Shown here piece after piece: positions 28,398 to 40,600 of a stretch of 64,000 bases of DNA. The stretch is from Snowella sp. (GTDB lineage: Bacteria > Cyanobacteriota > Cyanobacteriia > Cyanobacteriales > Microcystaceae), in assembly GCA_035285545.1 (NCBI GenBank), contig JAYKGY010000094.1:1-64000 (forward strand). The letters run 5' to 3'. The position numbers and the translations under genes are program-made. How positions within the stretch are numbered: the stretch's first letter is position 1; every line of letters begins with the position of its first letter. The notes beneath the pieces were generated by a model. The model saw only the letters and a program-made list of their open reading frames with translations. It did no database searches and had not been told where the DNA came from.

Positions 28398-29918
28398 CTA
28401 ATCTTTTTTAACAATTAGCGTGCCTGCAATCATGTCATGTAGGGCACGTTTCTTTTTTGTCCAACCAGCTAAACAATATCCGATATACAGGGTTGAGATG
28501 GAAACAACTTTGGCCCAATAACGTTTATTCGCTTGTTTTAAAGAAATTTTATAGCCTTCATTATCAACCACGACTAAGCCAAAAAGGAGTTTTCCCAAGG
28601 TAGCTTTTAAAGGGGAAGCTTCAAAAATCACAAAATATAACCATTTAATAACAACGCCTAACATTAAAGCTCCTAAGGATAGACTGTAATGTTGTAAAAA
28701 ATAGCTGGGGTTAACAAACCAAAGGATTAGAAAAATCAACGGAATTAAATAGCCGAGAGGGGTTGTTCCGATTCCTGAGAACAGAGAAATGGTGAATAAA
28801 AAATTTTGGACAGGAACCAAACCGAGATCCATTGTCCAATGGGCTAACAGTTTAGTGGCAATTAATTGTTCTCCGATAAAACTTCCCGCGATCGCGGCTA
28901 AAATTAGGACAATAACACTATCAACGATCGCAGCCTTAGTACGTATCCAAAAACCGGCATAGTGATACAGGGCAATGCCGTGAGGACTCGTCGGAATTTG
29001 TAAAGGGAGGGGTTGGGTTTTGGCAACAATATTAAGCTGTTTTTTGAGCTTTTTCAATATTGTTAAAATAGCATCAATATTTTCAGGGCGTTGATTCACC
29101 TTATCTGCCATTAAAAGATCTATAAAATCTGCCAATGGAGCATCAACCTGGGGGGCTAATTTACGCCAGTTTAATTCATTATGTTGATAGTCATAAATAT
29201 CGGAACTATTGGGGTCTTTTCCGGTTAATAAAAAGACAAAGGTTCTGCCCAAGGCGAAAAAATCCGATTGTTGGACAGCATAGCCCCTTTCCTGTTCAGG
29301 GGGAGCGTAACCTGACGTAAACAGGCGCGTATTTTGTCCGCCGGCTAAGATGGTTTGGGTTACCTGGCGTACTGCTCCAAAATCAATCAACACTAACTGA
29401 CCGTTGGGTTTAAGAATAATATTAGACGGTTTAATATCTCGGTGAAAAAAGTTGTGATGATGAACTTTACCTAAAATTTTGGCCAGTTGTTCTAACCACT
29501 CTAGGGCTAGGGTTTGATCAATAGGTTGGTATTGTTTTTGATATAAATATTCTTCTAAATCCACACCTTCAATTTTTTCCATGACTAAGCAATGAAGGGG
29601 GGTTGAATGATTTCTCAAAAAATAAGTAAAGTAACCTTCTCCGTGGGGAATGCCCGGATGATTGAGTTCATTTAATACCTGAGCTTCTTGTTGAAAAAGC
29701 GCGATCGCGTGGGGATGGCTATTGGTTAAAACTTTTAAGACTTTTAATTGGTCTTTATCTTGCACTTCATAGGTATTGGCAAAGCCGCCTTTATTGCTTA
29801 ATAAACGAGTAACCCGATAGCGGTTAACTAAAATTAATTCTGACCCACAGGATTGACAAAAGCGATTAAGATCAGGGTTTGTCGGATTAGAACAATTCGG
29901 ATTAATACATAGGCTCAT
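28398..29918 (-). CDS. Ser/Thr protein kinase with N-terminal 4-Cys motif and C-terminal RDD domain
   Basis: CINPNC..CQSC, HRDIKPSN, DFG; YAGFWIR..A.IVD, ATLGK, ALHDMIAGT. Confidence 0.88.
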   Translation of the reverse strand: MSLCINPNCSNPTNPDLNRFCQSCGSELILVNRYRVTRLLSNKGGFANTYEVQDKDQLKVLKVLTNSHPHAIALFQQEAQVLNELNHPGIPHGEGYFTYFLRNHSTPLHCLVMEKIEGVDLEEYLYQKQYQPIDQTLALEWLEQLAKILGKVHHHNFFHRDIKPSNIILKPNGQLVLIDFGAVRQVTQTILAGGQNTRLFTSGYAPPEQERGYAVQQSDFFALGRTFVFLLTGKDPNSSDIYDYQHNELNWRKLAPQVDAPLADFIDLLMADKVNQRPENIDAILTILKKLKKQLNIVAKTQPLPLQIPTSPHGIALYHYAGFWIRTKAAIVDSVIVLILAAIAGSFIGEQLIATKLLAHWTMDLGLVPVQNFLFTISLFSGIGTTPLGYLIPLIFLILWFVNPSYFLQHYSLSLGALMLGVVIKWLYFVIFEASPLKATLGKLLFGLVVVDNEGYKISLKQANKRYWAKVVSISTLYIGYCLAGWTKKKRALHDMIAGTLIVKKD

Positions 29919-30603
29919 ATTCAATGAGAGTTAACTAAAATTATAGGGATAATTCAATAATTGTCTGACTTTTTTGTTTATTATTTTTAATGTTTTAAAA
30001 AATCTTTTGTCTTAATGTCGATTATTGAAAAGCAGTTTCCCTTTTATTTTAATAGAAAAATTTAATCTTTCGCACCACTGCTTAAAGATGAACTGTCCCT
30101 CAGGAATTGGGGTTAATCCGCTTTTAGGGCTTGTTTAAGAATTACGTCAGAGCCTCATCTCTCTTCCCTTGACTGTGTACGCTAGAAAGAGGGGGAATGG
30201 ATTTTGTCCTGCAATCATTTTTTATTGGCATCCCTGTCAGCGATCGCTTCAAGTCTTAGAACGCTCATGAAAAAACAGGAATGTATTGTTATTCGTTGTC
30301 AGTCAATCAGGTTACTTACTTTTAGTCGCTTTTGTTGCGGGTATGGTAACCGCCTATTCCGAAAAATTTCAATCAGGTAATCATCCAAATGATTCTTGCT
30401 CGGTTTGGATTGGGGAATTTTCCCGATCAGGCTAATCAGCTTTGGTCTTGGAAACCGGAAGGATGTTCGTTGATTCCAGTCGTTGATTCTTCGCTAATAA
30501 AATAGAGATAAGCCAGCGGTTTTCCTATCTAAACCATCACAAAACAGGTTAAGCCGATTATCTGAATGGATTTACGGTTTTTATGCGAATTTTACCAGGT
30601 CTT

Positions 30604-30861
30604 TTAGGGCAATGATGGGGATTGATGTTTGTTTTTATCCCATAATAATTGGGACTTATTTAAATATAAAGGTTCCCATTCTGAAACATCTTCATCGAGT
30701 AAATATCCTGCCTTCACTAAGGCCCAAAGCCTGAGATATTCTGAATCTGAAGGAAATTCAGGGGTATAGCCCAAGTGGGCTAATATCTTGATCAAAGAAG
30801 CATAATCTGGGTTTTCGTTTGTCCATACGGTGCGTAATCGGCTGAGATACTCTTGCTTCAT
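30604..30861 (-). CDS. Hypothetical protein
   Basis: ORF only; no recognised motif. Confidence 0.4.
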   Translation of the reverse strand: MKQEYLSRLRTVWTNENPDYASLIKILAHLGYTPEFPSDSEYLRLWALVKAGYLLDEDVSEWEPLYLNKSQLLWDKNKHQSPSLP

Positions 30862-31152
30862 GGTCGATTTCAATTTTTAGGTTTACAAAATCAATAACCG
30901 CTTACCACAAAATATTTTTAGCGTTAAAGCTCACACTCCGCCATTATTGATCAATGTTCGTTTAATATTTTCTCTCGCTGGGTTGAAGCCGATTTATATC
31001 CCAGGGAGGATACTTCGCGGTTAAGGATTTCACCTGTCAAGGGTTAAGGGGCGTAGGCCCCTTTTTTACAAGATTTTTGGTAAGATTGCTACCCAATTTG
31101 AGCGGATTAACCCTTTAGTGCAGACAATCACAAGAGTAATGGGGGATTAGGC

Positions 31153-31749
31153 TTAATTTTCAATTTCTTGCACAAAAGCATCCATAAATTGATCGACAAC
31201 GCCTGGATGTTTTCCGGTAATTAAGTTACCATCGATGACTAAATCAGCCGTGACATCTCCCTCATAGATCACTTCTGCTCCTGCATTTTCAACATCACAA
31301 ATAATGTTGTGGGCACAGGTGACTTTTCGGTTTTTCAGTAAGTCCGAATCTGCACAGAGTAGCCACAGGCTATGGCAAATCGTACCAATTTTAATATTGG
31401 GATCGGCGATCGCGTTACGGAGAAAAATGACTGCGGGGGCCTGATTTTTTTGACCTTTTTTGACATTGACCTGATAACGGAGACGATCCATTGCATAGGC
31501 ACCAATACAGATAATGCCTTTGTAATCGCTGGGTTGAACGTCCTTGACTTCGGTGGTGACCGTTACGTGATATTCAATTTGATCATTTTCAGGATTAGAG
31601 CCAAATTTGAGGGATTCATTGCCCCAGAGATGGGATAGGTATTCAACTTCATAGCCTTTTTCGGGAAAGTATTCATTAAAGCGGCGATATTCTGTCGCGT
31701 CAAAATGTTCTTCGATTAAAACACCAATTTTGCCTTTACGGGTTGTCAT
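31153..31749 (-). CDS. DJ-1/PfpI family protein
   Basis: Conserved Glu (FDATEY) and ICH nucleophile elbow; VIDGNLITG. Confidence 0.85.
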   Translation of the reverse strand: MTTRKGKIGVLIEEHFDATEYRRFNEYFPEKGYEVEYLSHLWGNESLKFGSNPENDQIEYHVTVTTEVKDVQPSDYKGIICIGAYAMDRLRYQVNVKKGQKNQAPAVIFLRNAIADPNIKIGTICHSLWLLCADSDLLKNRKVTCAHNIICDVENAGAEVIYEGDVTADLVIDGNLITGKHPGVVDQFMDAFVQEIEN

Positions 31750-31947
31750 GATCGGTTCCTTTTCAAAATAAATGTTGTTTCGAGTTCTAAAATCTAATTT
31801 TGCAGAAGCGAACTTTAGATCCCCTGATCATCTTAGCCATAGGTTTAATCCCTCCCTTTATAAAATCAGGAATTATTAATGATTCTATCCCTGGGTAAAG
31901 GAATTGGTTGTCTGGATCAAACAGGCTCTACCGAGGGATTTTTCTGG

Positions 31948-33651
31948 CTAAAAGGCAAAATTAGTCCGCAGTCCGCCAATAACCAGATCTTGATTGTTGG
32001 CATCCTGGTTGGGGGCCGTAATCCACATCACAAAGGGGGTAATGGCAAATCCTCGCGCAATTTGATAACGGTAAAAGGCTTCGATATGCAAGGAAGTATC
32101 ATTCCTAAAGTTCGCGATCGGTAAACTGGTATTCAGACCCGTGAGCATGGGTTCTACCCCCACCACCAAACCGCCTAAATTTCCTTCCCGGAACAAATCA
32201 GGAAAAATGGCTTGTAAAGAATACGTCCAAATCTCAGCATCACCTTTACCTAACAGTCGGGCTTGGATATAGTTCACCCATCCCCCCAAAGAAAATTGAG
32301 GATTAAAGGCATAGTAACCCCCGACTCCATAGGCATTGGAAACAACCGACGAGGCATCATTAAAAAGAATCCCTGGATCATCAAAGCGATTAGCCAGCGA
32401 CGTTCCCACATAACCCGATCCGGGTCGGAAGGTTTGGCCATTATTAAAGGCAAAGTTTCCGGGGGCAAAATAACCGTGTTGATAAAGTAATTGGAGAAAG
32501 ATGCCTGGGTCAGGATTATAGTTCAGTTGAGCGGCGGCAATATAATCTCCGGCAAAGAGGCCCACGCCTTGATTCGGTGCGCCGGTGGGGACATTGGGAA
32601 GCGATCCCGTTGGGGTTAAATAGGTCAGACTAAATAAGGTGTCTTTCGCCAAGTTCGCTGTTACGGAACCGCCTACCCCACCCCCAATGAGATAGATCGG
32701 GGGGGCAACGGCAAAGGAACTGACAGGGCCAAAACCGAGTTGATAGTCAGGAACAAAGTTCGGGAGTAGGGAGGTGGAAAAGTTGTAGCGGTTAACCGGA
32801 ACAATGGTGGCACTAAAACTTTCCCCAATGGGAAATTGATATTGTAAGGTAATGATTTGTAAATTGTTATTTAAATCTCCGGCTGAGGCAGCGTAGGTGG
32901 TTCCCTCTCTAGTGGCTCCCACATTGCGATCGCTATTAAAGGGAGCGACATCTGCTAGGGTCGTATTGGTTGCGGCAAAGCCGGCGAGTAAGGTATCTCG
33001 TCCCGTAAAACTGGTTACATTGGCGAGAAAAAGATTGTATTGATTGGTAACTTGAGGTTTGCCCCGTTCGGTTTCCCCTGAAAAATAGATATCGGTTTGC
33101 ACAATCAGATTGCCAAATATCTTACTTGTTGGCGAAAAGTTATGGTCTTCTAGATAGGAGAGGCGGCTTTCTAGGTTATCAACGCGGGCGGTTAAGGGGG
33201 CTAATTCTTTCTTAAAGTCTTCCTGGAGTCGCTTTAGGAGCGCAAGATCGTCTCTAGCCAGTTGACTCGCGGATTCTAGATTGGTTAAGAGCTTATTTAA
33301 ACAGGCATTCAGCCCGGCGGCAAATTCCCAACGAGAGAGGGCGCGATCGCCGCGGAAGGTTTGATTCGGATAACCACTAATGCAACCATAGCGTTCTGTG
33401 AGCATTTGCAGGGCTTGATAGGCCCAATCATCGGGGGAAACGTCCTTTAATTCTGAAACATTGGTAATTTGAGAGACTAGGCGCGGGGAGGGGGAGGGAG
33501 AAGCCGGTGTCGGGGGAAGGGTCGGAGCAGAAACGAGAGGAGAAGAAACCTCTGCTAGGGATGGATCGCTGGCCATCATGACCGATAGGCAAGATAGAAG
33601 CGATAGGGCTATTCCCTTCGATAAAAAACGAAAGTTCGTGCATTTAAGCAT
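31948..33651 (-). CDS. Cyanobacterial outer-membrane porin (SLH plus OprB-type barrel)
   Basis: VSELKDVSPDDWAYQAL..L.ERYGCISGYP SLH domain; HIEAFYRY; C-terminal RTNFAF. Confidence 0.9.
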   Translation of the reverse strand: MLKCTNFRFLSKGIALSLLSCLSVMMASDPSLAEVSSPLVSAPTLPPTPASPSPSPRLVSQITNVSELKDVSPDDWAYQALQMLTERYGCISGYPNQTFRGDRALSRWEFAAGLNACLNKLLTNLESASQLARDDLALLKRLQEDFKKELAPLTARVDNLESRLSYLEDHNFSPTSKIFGNLIVQTDIYFSGETERGKPQVTNQYNLFLANVTSFTGRDTLLAGFAATNTTLADVAPFNSDRNVGATREGTTYAASAGDLNNNLQIITLQYQFPIGESFSATIVPVNRYNFSTSLLPNFVPDYQLGFGPVSSFAVAPPIYLIGGGVGGSVTANLAKDTLFSLTYLTPTGSLPNVPTGAPNQGVGLFAGDYIAAAQLNYNPDPGIFLQLLYQHGYFAPGNFAFNNGQTFRPGSGYVGTSLANRFDDPGILFNDASSVVSNAYGVGGYYAFNPQFSLGGWVNYIQARLLGKGDAEIWTYSLQAIFPDLFREGNLGGLVVGVEPMLTGLNTSLPIANFRNDTSLHIEAFYRYQIARGFAITPFVMWITAPNQDANNQDLVIGGLRTNFAF

Positions 33652-33722
33652 AAAATTTTTAACTCACACCAAAAATTTTTAAAATCCCAGAAAGCTATCC
33701 GGGGCAACTGACCTAACGGTAT

Positions 33723-34178
33723 CTAACGGCCAAAGATTAAAAAATCCAGAGAAAATCGCCCGGCTCCTTCTAAGACAAATAGAATAGCGATCGCCAAGTA
33801 GACTAAGGCCGACTCATAGGATTTTCCTGGGGCATCGGGTCTTTCCTTCATCAAAGGAACCCCATCACGAAGGTGCAAATAGAGCGCGATCGCCATTGAT
33901 CCCGTTAACGCTAAAGCAGCTAAAGGAGTCAATAAACCGAGAATAATCGCAATACCTCCACCAAAAATGGTGAATGCGCCCAAGGCTTGAAGCGGAGCGG
34001 GAATACCTGACGGTTTGCCCATATCCATCCAATGCAGGGGATTTTTTAACATGGGTCTGGCATAAAACAACAAGACTGTCCCCCAGACCAAGCGGAGACC
34101 CAGCAAAGCCCAAGGTTCTAATCCCTCATGGAACGGCGGAAAAAAAGGTGCTAGGATTGTCAATTTTTGTGTCAACAT
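33723..34178 (-). CDS. DoxX family membrane protein
   Basis: LLGLRLVWG, LGLLTPLAAL, YE, GAGRFSLD. Confidence 0.85.
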   Translation of the reverse strand: MLTQKLTILAPFFPPFHEGLEPWALLGLRLVWGTVLLFYARPMLKNPLHWMDMGKPSGIPAPLQALGAFTIFGGGIAIILGLLTPLAALALTGSMAIALYLHLRDGVPLMKERPDAPGKSYESALVYLAIAILFVLEGAGRFSLDFLIFGR

Positions 34179-34266
34179 GATTATAAACTTCTCAAACTTC
34201 TACTAAAGTAAACCATACCTTATCAATTAACTTTTATAGTAAATCAATATTAATAAATTAATTTCA

Positions 34267-35238
34267 ATGAAAAATAATCACCGCCTTGTGCAAACATCAA
34301 TTTATTTATCCATGTCTACCAATCTTTCGATGGCAATTCTAGGGATTGGTGTAGGGCTTTGGATTGAATCGGATGCTGTCATGTTAGACGGTTTTTTTAA
34401 TACCGTAAATCTTATCATGGCCTGTGCCACGCTTTATATCAGTAGATTATTACAAAAACCCGAAGGAAAACAGTTTAATTTTGGCTATACCGGCTTTGTT
34501 CCCTTACTCAATCTTTGTAAAGGATTATTAGTATTTGGCGTTTCCATTTTTGCGTTTACTGGCTCTCTTGGTGCCCTATTTCATGGTGGGGTTCCTGCTA
34601 AAACGGGGACTGCTGTTATTTATGCGGCGATCGCTGCCACAGTTTGTTTAATTGTGGCCCTGATTCAAAGAAATTTAGCCAACAAAACCCAATCACCGAT
34701 TGTTATTGTTGATGCCCAAAATTGGCTTATTAATGGCATGATTTCCTTGGCCGTGGGTATTGCTTTCGGATTTGCAACTTGGCTAGGAACGACTCCCTTC
34801 AAAGCTTTTGTTCCCTACTCTGATCCAACCATTGTGATCATTTTAGTCCTTATTTCTTTTCCGATTCCTATCTCGGTTATTTTAACCAGTGTCAAACAAT
34901 TAATGCTTGGGGCACCTCGCAAAGACTTACAACAGCGCATTTATAGCATCATTCAAGAAGGAATAAAAGCCTATCCCTGCGAACGCTATGTGTTAAGAAT
35001 GGCTGAAACAGGCTCTGTCATTTATTTACATTTTTATTGGTTATTACCCAGTAACCATCAAGGGATGCCTTTAACCGAATTAGACCGAATTAGACAAGAA
35101 ATTAATCAGCTTCTTCAACAAGAGTTTCCCGAAATGATTATTGATCTGATTTTTACTCAAGATCAGGGTTGGTTTACGATGATGAATGAAGAACGGGGTA
35201 GCCAATCTCTCCAGCCAGAACTATCGATTAATTCCTGA
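34267..35238 (+). CDS. Cation diffusion facilitator family transporter
   Basis: SDAVMLDG, FNFGY, VDAQNW, DP motifs; six TM segments plus soluble C-terminal domain. Confidence 0.8.
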   Translation: MKNNHRLVQTSIYLSMSTNLSMAILGIGVGLWIESDAVMLDGFFNTVNLIMACATLYISRLLQKPEGKQFNFGYTGFVPLLNLCKGLLVFGVSIFAFTGSLGALFHGGVPAKTGTAVIYAAIAATVCLIVALIQRNLANKTQSPIVIVDAQNWLINGMISLAVGIAFGFATWLGTTPFKAFVPYSDPTIVIILVLISFPIPISVILTSVKQLMLGAPRKDLQQRIYSIIQEGIKAYPCERYVLRMAETGSVIYLHFYWLLPSNHQGMPLTELDRIRQEINQLLQQEFPEMIIDLIFTQDQGWFTMMNEERGSQSLQPELSINS

Positions 35239-35688
35239 AAAAATCAAAATAACTTCAAGAAGCTTAGCCGCTTTTTCCAGGGGATTGCTGTCTAATACCC
35301 CAAAGAATACTTTACTAACCTATATTAATCTATCCTTGATCTTATTTATAACTAAATAATGATAAAGTTGAAGGTTCTTGATTTTTCTAAAAATATGGCA
35401 TCTCTTCCCTGGATGAAGTTATTGATCTTGAATATTGTAAAGAAAAATAACAACCTATCTTTTCATAAAGTGTCAATAATTACAAAATGATAAAATAATG
35501 CATATCTTTATCATCTCTCTTTTACAATTATGAATAAATTTAGTTTACAAAAAACTTAAATTTAAATTCGTTTTTATTCCAGCTATCGAATGGATAAAGA
35601 TTAATTTAGTGTGCATACTTATGTCCACTAATCTTTTTGTTTTGAGTCAAAAAGAACAATTAATTATCTATCAAAGATAACTTCAATA

Positions 35689-37236
35689 ATGTTTTCAACC
35701 ATTGACCCATTAACACGCATTAACTACGCTTCAAGGGATCAAAAAGGAAGATTCACGTTTTATGTTCTCCTGTGGAAACGTGAGGGGATTCCTTTGGATC
35801 TGTTTGATGATTATTGGAGAGATGTCCACGGCCCCGTGTGCGCTCGATTGCCCGGACAGTTCCAGTATTGGCAGCACCATGTTGCCCACGATCGCGGCGG
35901 CTTCTGGCCAACCATTTCAGGACTCGACTCTGACGGGGATGATGAGGATAACTTTGATGGCATTGCTCAACTGACCTTTGAAAGTGAGGCGGATCGTAGC
36001 ACCTGGTTTCAGGCGGCGGGGATTCTCATGGACGATGAGCATAACCTGTTTAAAAAAGCCATTGGTTATACGACCAGTCAGGATAATTCTCTGACCTATT
36101 TGGATGGCATTGTAGACGGCTCTCCCAACGGAGAAACGGGCGTTATCACGTTCCATTCCCTGATCAAAAAAGCTGATTCAGTGGATGTGCCTAGCTTTCG
36201 GCGATACCTGAAGGAGCAATTTGCCCCAACGCTGATCAACAGTCCATTTATTTTGAAATTACGATTGCATCTTTTTGATGAGGTCGATAACTCACGGCCC
36301 GATGCAGCCGGCGTAATCCACTCCGAGGTTCCTGCCAAGCAATATCAAGCCGCCTTAGAAATTGCCTTTGCCAATCATCTCAACCGAGAGCAATTTTTTG
36401 CGTCTCCTGAGTATGCGGCTGCGATTAAAGAAGCTCCCCGTTATCTCAAGCAGGTTAAGACTTTCCCTGAGCGAACGGTCTATACCTTTGTTTATGACGG
36501 AAAAATGACCCTGGCGGGCCAGCGGAGTTCTTCAGTCGCCGCCTTAATTACGGATATTGGGGCAGTTAATCAGCTACAAACGGATATTTCTGATTTGATG
36601 CTGACGCGATCGCTGAAGGGCAATTTTGCTGCCGACTCCAATCCTGCAAACCCAACTCAACAGAACACAATGAAAAAACGGACAAATTATTATCAAGGTT
36701 TAGCCGCCGATTACTCCCGCCCTGGCTTAGTAAGTGCCTACGTTGCTCAAAAACTAATCGAGGACGCAGAAAAAATCGTGGCCATGAAGGAGCCAAAATT
36801 ACCTGAAATCAATCAATCTTACACTCTAGCGCAAATCGAACAAGAAAATAAAGATTGGTGGCCCACCCACTGCGAAGCCTTGAGACAGGGACGGGGAGAC
36901 ATTCTGACGGGAGAATATCGAGATGATCTGATTTATCTCTGCCAGGATGGCCCATTTTTTGGACTCCAGGAACAACGGGAACGGGAAAAACACTGGTGGG
37001 CCTTAATTGCCCAACCCAACGTCACCATGTGTTGGCCCATTGTGATGTTCTCTGGGGAGCATACCTATTTTGAGTGGAAATGCGTAGACGATGAAACCAA
37101 CGAAACCCTAGCCAAAGGCAATGTCACCTGGGTCAGACGGGGCCATCGGGGAGGATGCTATCTCAAAACCGAACAACTCACCTTCTATCGGGATGTCTTC
37201 GCGCCGAACGAACTTTTGCAATTAATCACCACTTGA
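35689..37236 (+). CDS. EthD-domain protein fused to a C-terminal NTF2/SnoaL-like domain
   Basis: LLWKREG..LDLFDDYWRDVHGP...FDGIAQL is an EthD/DABB signature; the C-terminal ~190 aa assignment is tentative. Confidence 0.7.
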   Translation: MFSTIDPLTRINYASRDQKGRFTFYVLLWKREGIPLDLFDDYWRDVHGPVCARLPGQFQYWQHHVAHDRGGFWPTISGLDSDGDDEDNFDGIAQLTFESEADRSTWFQAAGILMDDEHNLFKKAIGYTTSQDNSLTYLDGIVDGSPNGETGVITFHSLIKKADSVDVPSFRRYLKEQFAPTLINSPFILKLRLHLFDEVDNSRPDAAGVIHSEVPAKQYQAALEIAFANHLNREQFFASPEYAAAIKEAPRYLKQVKTFPERTVYTFVYDGKMTLAGQRSSSVAALITDIGAVNQLQTDISDLMLTRSLKGNFAADSNPANPTQQNTMKKRTNYYQGLAADYSRPGLVSAYVAQKLIEDAEKIVAMKEPKLPEINQSYTLAQIEQENKDWWPTHCEALRQGRGDILTGEYRDDLIYLCQDGPFFGLQEQREREKHWWALIAQPNVTMCWPIVMFSGEHTYFEWKCVDDETNETLAKGNVTWVRRGHRGGCYLKTEQLTFYRDVFAPNELLQLITT

Positions 37237-37242
37237 CTAGCC

Positions 37243-37602
37243 ATGACTGAGAAAAATTATCAAAATGCAGTTTTGGATGATTACGAATTGCAATCTGCGT
37301 TAAAAAACCTTAACCCTAAATTTGGCGATTTTGTCACACGGGTTGCGGGGGAAGCGTGGGGATTACCACTGATTGATCAAAAAACGAAGGCTTTAATTAC
37401 AATTGCCATTGATGTGGTTAATCAATCCCAAAATGGGCCAGGCTCACCCTTTGGTGCCCATATTGATATGGCCTTAAAACAGGGAGCGACTAAAGCAGAA
37501 ATTGAAGAATTACTAATTTTCCTGTGTCCCTACGCTGGATTTAATAAGGTTGCGGGATGTATGGGTGTTTTCAATGAGTTCTTTCAACAGCGAGAATCCT
37601 AA
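37243..37602 (+). CDS. Carboxymuconolactone decarboxylase (AhpD-like) family protein
   Basis: IDQKTKALITIA, HIDMALKQGATKAEIEE, PYAGF. Confidence 0.85.
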   Translation: MTEKNYQNAVLDDYELQSALKNLNPKFGDFVTRVAGEAWGLPLIDQKTKALITIAIDVVNQSQNGPGSPFGAHIDMALKQGATKAEIEELLIFLCPYAGFNKVAGCMGVFNEFFQQRES

Positions 37603-37604
37603 TA

Positions 37605-40600
37605 ATGATTGAAACGAAAGCCCAAACAAATTATGCAGAACGGGATCAACTCGGACGGGTTGCCTTTTACGTTCTCTTGTGGAAGCGCGAGGGAATTTCC
37701 CTAGAACTGTTCGATAATTATTGGAAGGATGTACATGGGCCTGTTTGCGCCCGTTTACCTGGTCAATACCAATATTGGCAGTTCCACGTTGCTCACAATC
37801 AAGGGGGATTTTGGCCCCAAATTCCAGGACTGGCCGCTTCTTGCGATCCGAAAGATAACTTTGATGGGATTGCTGAATTAACTTTTACCAGTGAAGCGGA
37901 ACGGGCGATCTGGTTTAAAGCGGCGGGAATTTTGATGGATGATGAGCATAATCTTTTTTCCAAGGCGATCGGTTACACTACCAGTCCAGGCAATTCGATT
38001 ACCTATCGAGATGGTATTGCGGATGGCTCTCCCAATGGGGAAGTCCCTGGAATTAAATTTCATGTTCCCATCCAAAAAGCCGAAGGGGTCAGTGTCGATG
38101 CATTTCGTCAATACCTCACCCAAGTCTTTGCTCCAGCGATCCTACAAAGCGAGGCTCTGTTAAAATTCCGTCTTCATCTTTTTGATGATATTGATAATTC
38201 TCGTCCCGATGCGGCGGGGGTTGTTCATGCAGAGGCTCCTGATAAGCAATACCATGCGGCCTGTGAAATTGCCTTTGCAAATCATCTGGAACGGGAGAAA
38301 TTCTTTGCCTCAACGGCCTATGCGGCTGCTATCCGCGATGCGTCTCGTTATATCAGACAGTTGCAAGTCTTTCCTGAACGAACGGCCCATACCTTTGTTT
38401 ACAACGGTCAAATGACCTTGGCGGGGCAACGCAGTGCGAAAGTGGCTGATTTGATCACCCGGATTGGGGCAGCGAATCAACTTAAACAGGAGATTACTTC
38501 GCTTATGGTTAACTATCAAACCCCCGTCAATGGTCAAGCCCCTAGTTCTAATGGCCAGGCGATCGCCGCTAGTAACGGAACCAATGGCAATGGAAACGGA
38601 ACGATCGCGGCTCAACTCAGTACGAGTACAGCCACCAAGTCCAGCCTCGGCAAATACCTCCAAGGGGTGCAACACTTTGGCATTACAGTCAATGACTTAG
38701 ATAAGGCTCTCGAATTTTATATTGAGGTGTTAGGGGGTCGTTTAGCGATCGGTGGTGATGGCTTTATTGGCGATGAGCTTCATAATTTATTATTCCAAAA
38801 AGAAGATCTTGAAGCGGCTCAACAACATATCAATCCCCGCAACATCGGCATTCCCAGTATCCGTGATGGTTCTCAAGATGCCTTGGATGTGCGTTTTATT
38901 TCCTTTGGCAATACCTGTGTGGAGTTAATTCACTTCCGTCAGGCGAAACTCAGTTCCCACGCGCCCAATGTGTTTGATCCCATTCCGTCGGGGATTGGCC
39001 ATGTCAACGCCCCCCATATTTCTTTCTTTGTTAAGGATGATGTGGATCTTAATGAGTTTGCTCAGATGCTGGAGGCGGAATGTCATCGTCGCGGCATGAC
39101 CAATGTGGTGGCCAATCGAACGATTAATGTTAAGTCAAAAGAAGATCTCGCGATCGCGCCCCATATTTACGCCAAAACCGAGTTTCCTGGGGACTTTGAC
39201 GGCTGGGCCTTGTTTTACTGCAAAGGGCCGAACGGAGAACAACTGGAATTTAACCAGGTTCGCCGTAATGCCAAAGAAAACTTCACCCGCGCCCAACGGG
39301 AATATAACGTCGATAACGACAATCACTACTGGGGATTAAACGGTCAAGCCTTACCCGCTAAGCATCCTGGCATGTCTGCCTCCCATACGGTTCCTGTCAA
39401 CGCCACCGAAGAAGTCATTTGGCAAGTGTTGCTCGACAAAATGGAAAACCCCGGCAAGTATATGCCCTATCCGGTGGAATCCCAGGTCGTCTTGGAACGC
39501 TATGTCAACGGAATGCTACGGCAGATCAAAACCCCTGAAATGCTGGTGACGGAACGGGTTACGGTGGATGAACCCAATCACCGCATCATCTACGACATTG
39601 TTAATTACCCGATGTTCCGCCCGACTTTTATCAATCAGGTCTCTACACCGCCGAGTAATGGGACAAGTTCCTTGCCCTTGTTAACCAATAGCTATCACTT
39701 ACAGCCCTTAACCTATCAGGCATTGGAGCAACCCGAAGCCCAGCATTTCATCCAAGCGGCCCAACCCGACTTGATTGAAAAAGCAACGTTGCACCTCAAA
39801 CACCAAATTGAACAAAAATATCCATCCTCTAAACAACCGCAGGAGAATCCCATGACTCAAACCTTAGTTAGTGCAGGCCCCAAATCGGAAATTGTCCGTC
39901 AAATGTTCCTCGCCGGCGAATCCATGAATGTGGAAAATTTTGTGAAGTTCTACACCGAAGATGCCCACTATCAATTTAGTAATTTCCCTGTTGCCTACGG
40001 GCCTCAAGGGATTAAGGATTCTTCCGTTGGCTTCTTACAAACCGTTGCTAAGGTTTATCACCATATCACCAAAATGTGGGAACAGGGGGATACGGTTATT
40101 TGCGAAATGGAAGTGACCTATATTCGCCATGATGGGAAAGTCTTCCGCCTGCCCTGTTGCGATACCATCGTTTTCAAAGGGGATAAGGTTCAAGAGTTAC
40201 GGATTTTCATGGATATTAGTCCTGTCTTTGAAACGCCTTTTGTTGAACCCGAAAAAACTGCACCTCAGTACAATATCAGTCAGCAACTCACCAAAATGTA
40301 CGACGCGCTCCATGCGGAAAATTGGGCGGAGTTTAAAACCTTCTTTACCGATGATGTCCTCTACAAAATTGGTGCGAACGATCCGGTTATTGGCCCCGAC
40401 GCGATCGCGGGATTACTGCAACATATTTATAAAACCCTGAAACTCACCACCCATAATCAACGGGGATTCTGGGAAATTGGCAACACCATCATTTTAGAAA
40501 TGGATGCCAACTACGTGAACAAACAGAATAAAACCTTTGTCCAAGTTCCCTGTACGGATATTTATCGTTTTACCGGCGACAAAATCTCAGAATGGCGTGT

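Noticed and set aside
30190..30440. Possible small ORF or pseudogene in the 29.9-30.6 kb gap
   Set aside because: Only short open frames with no recognisable protein motif
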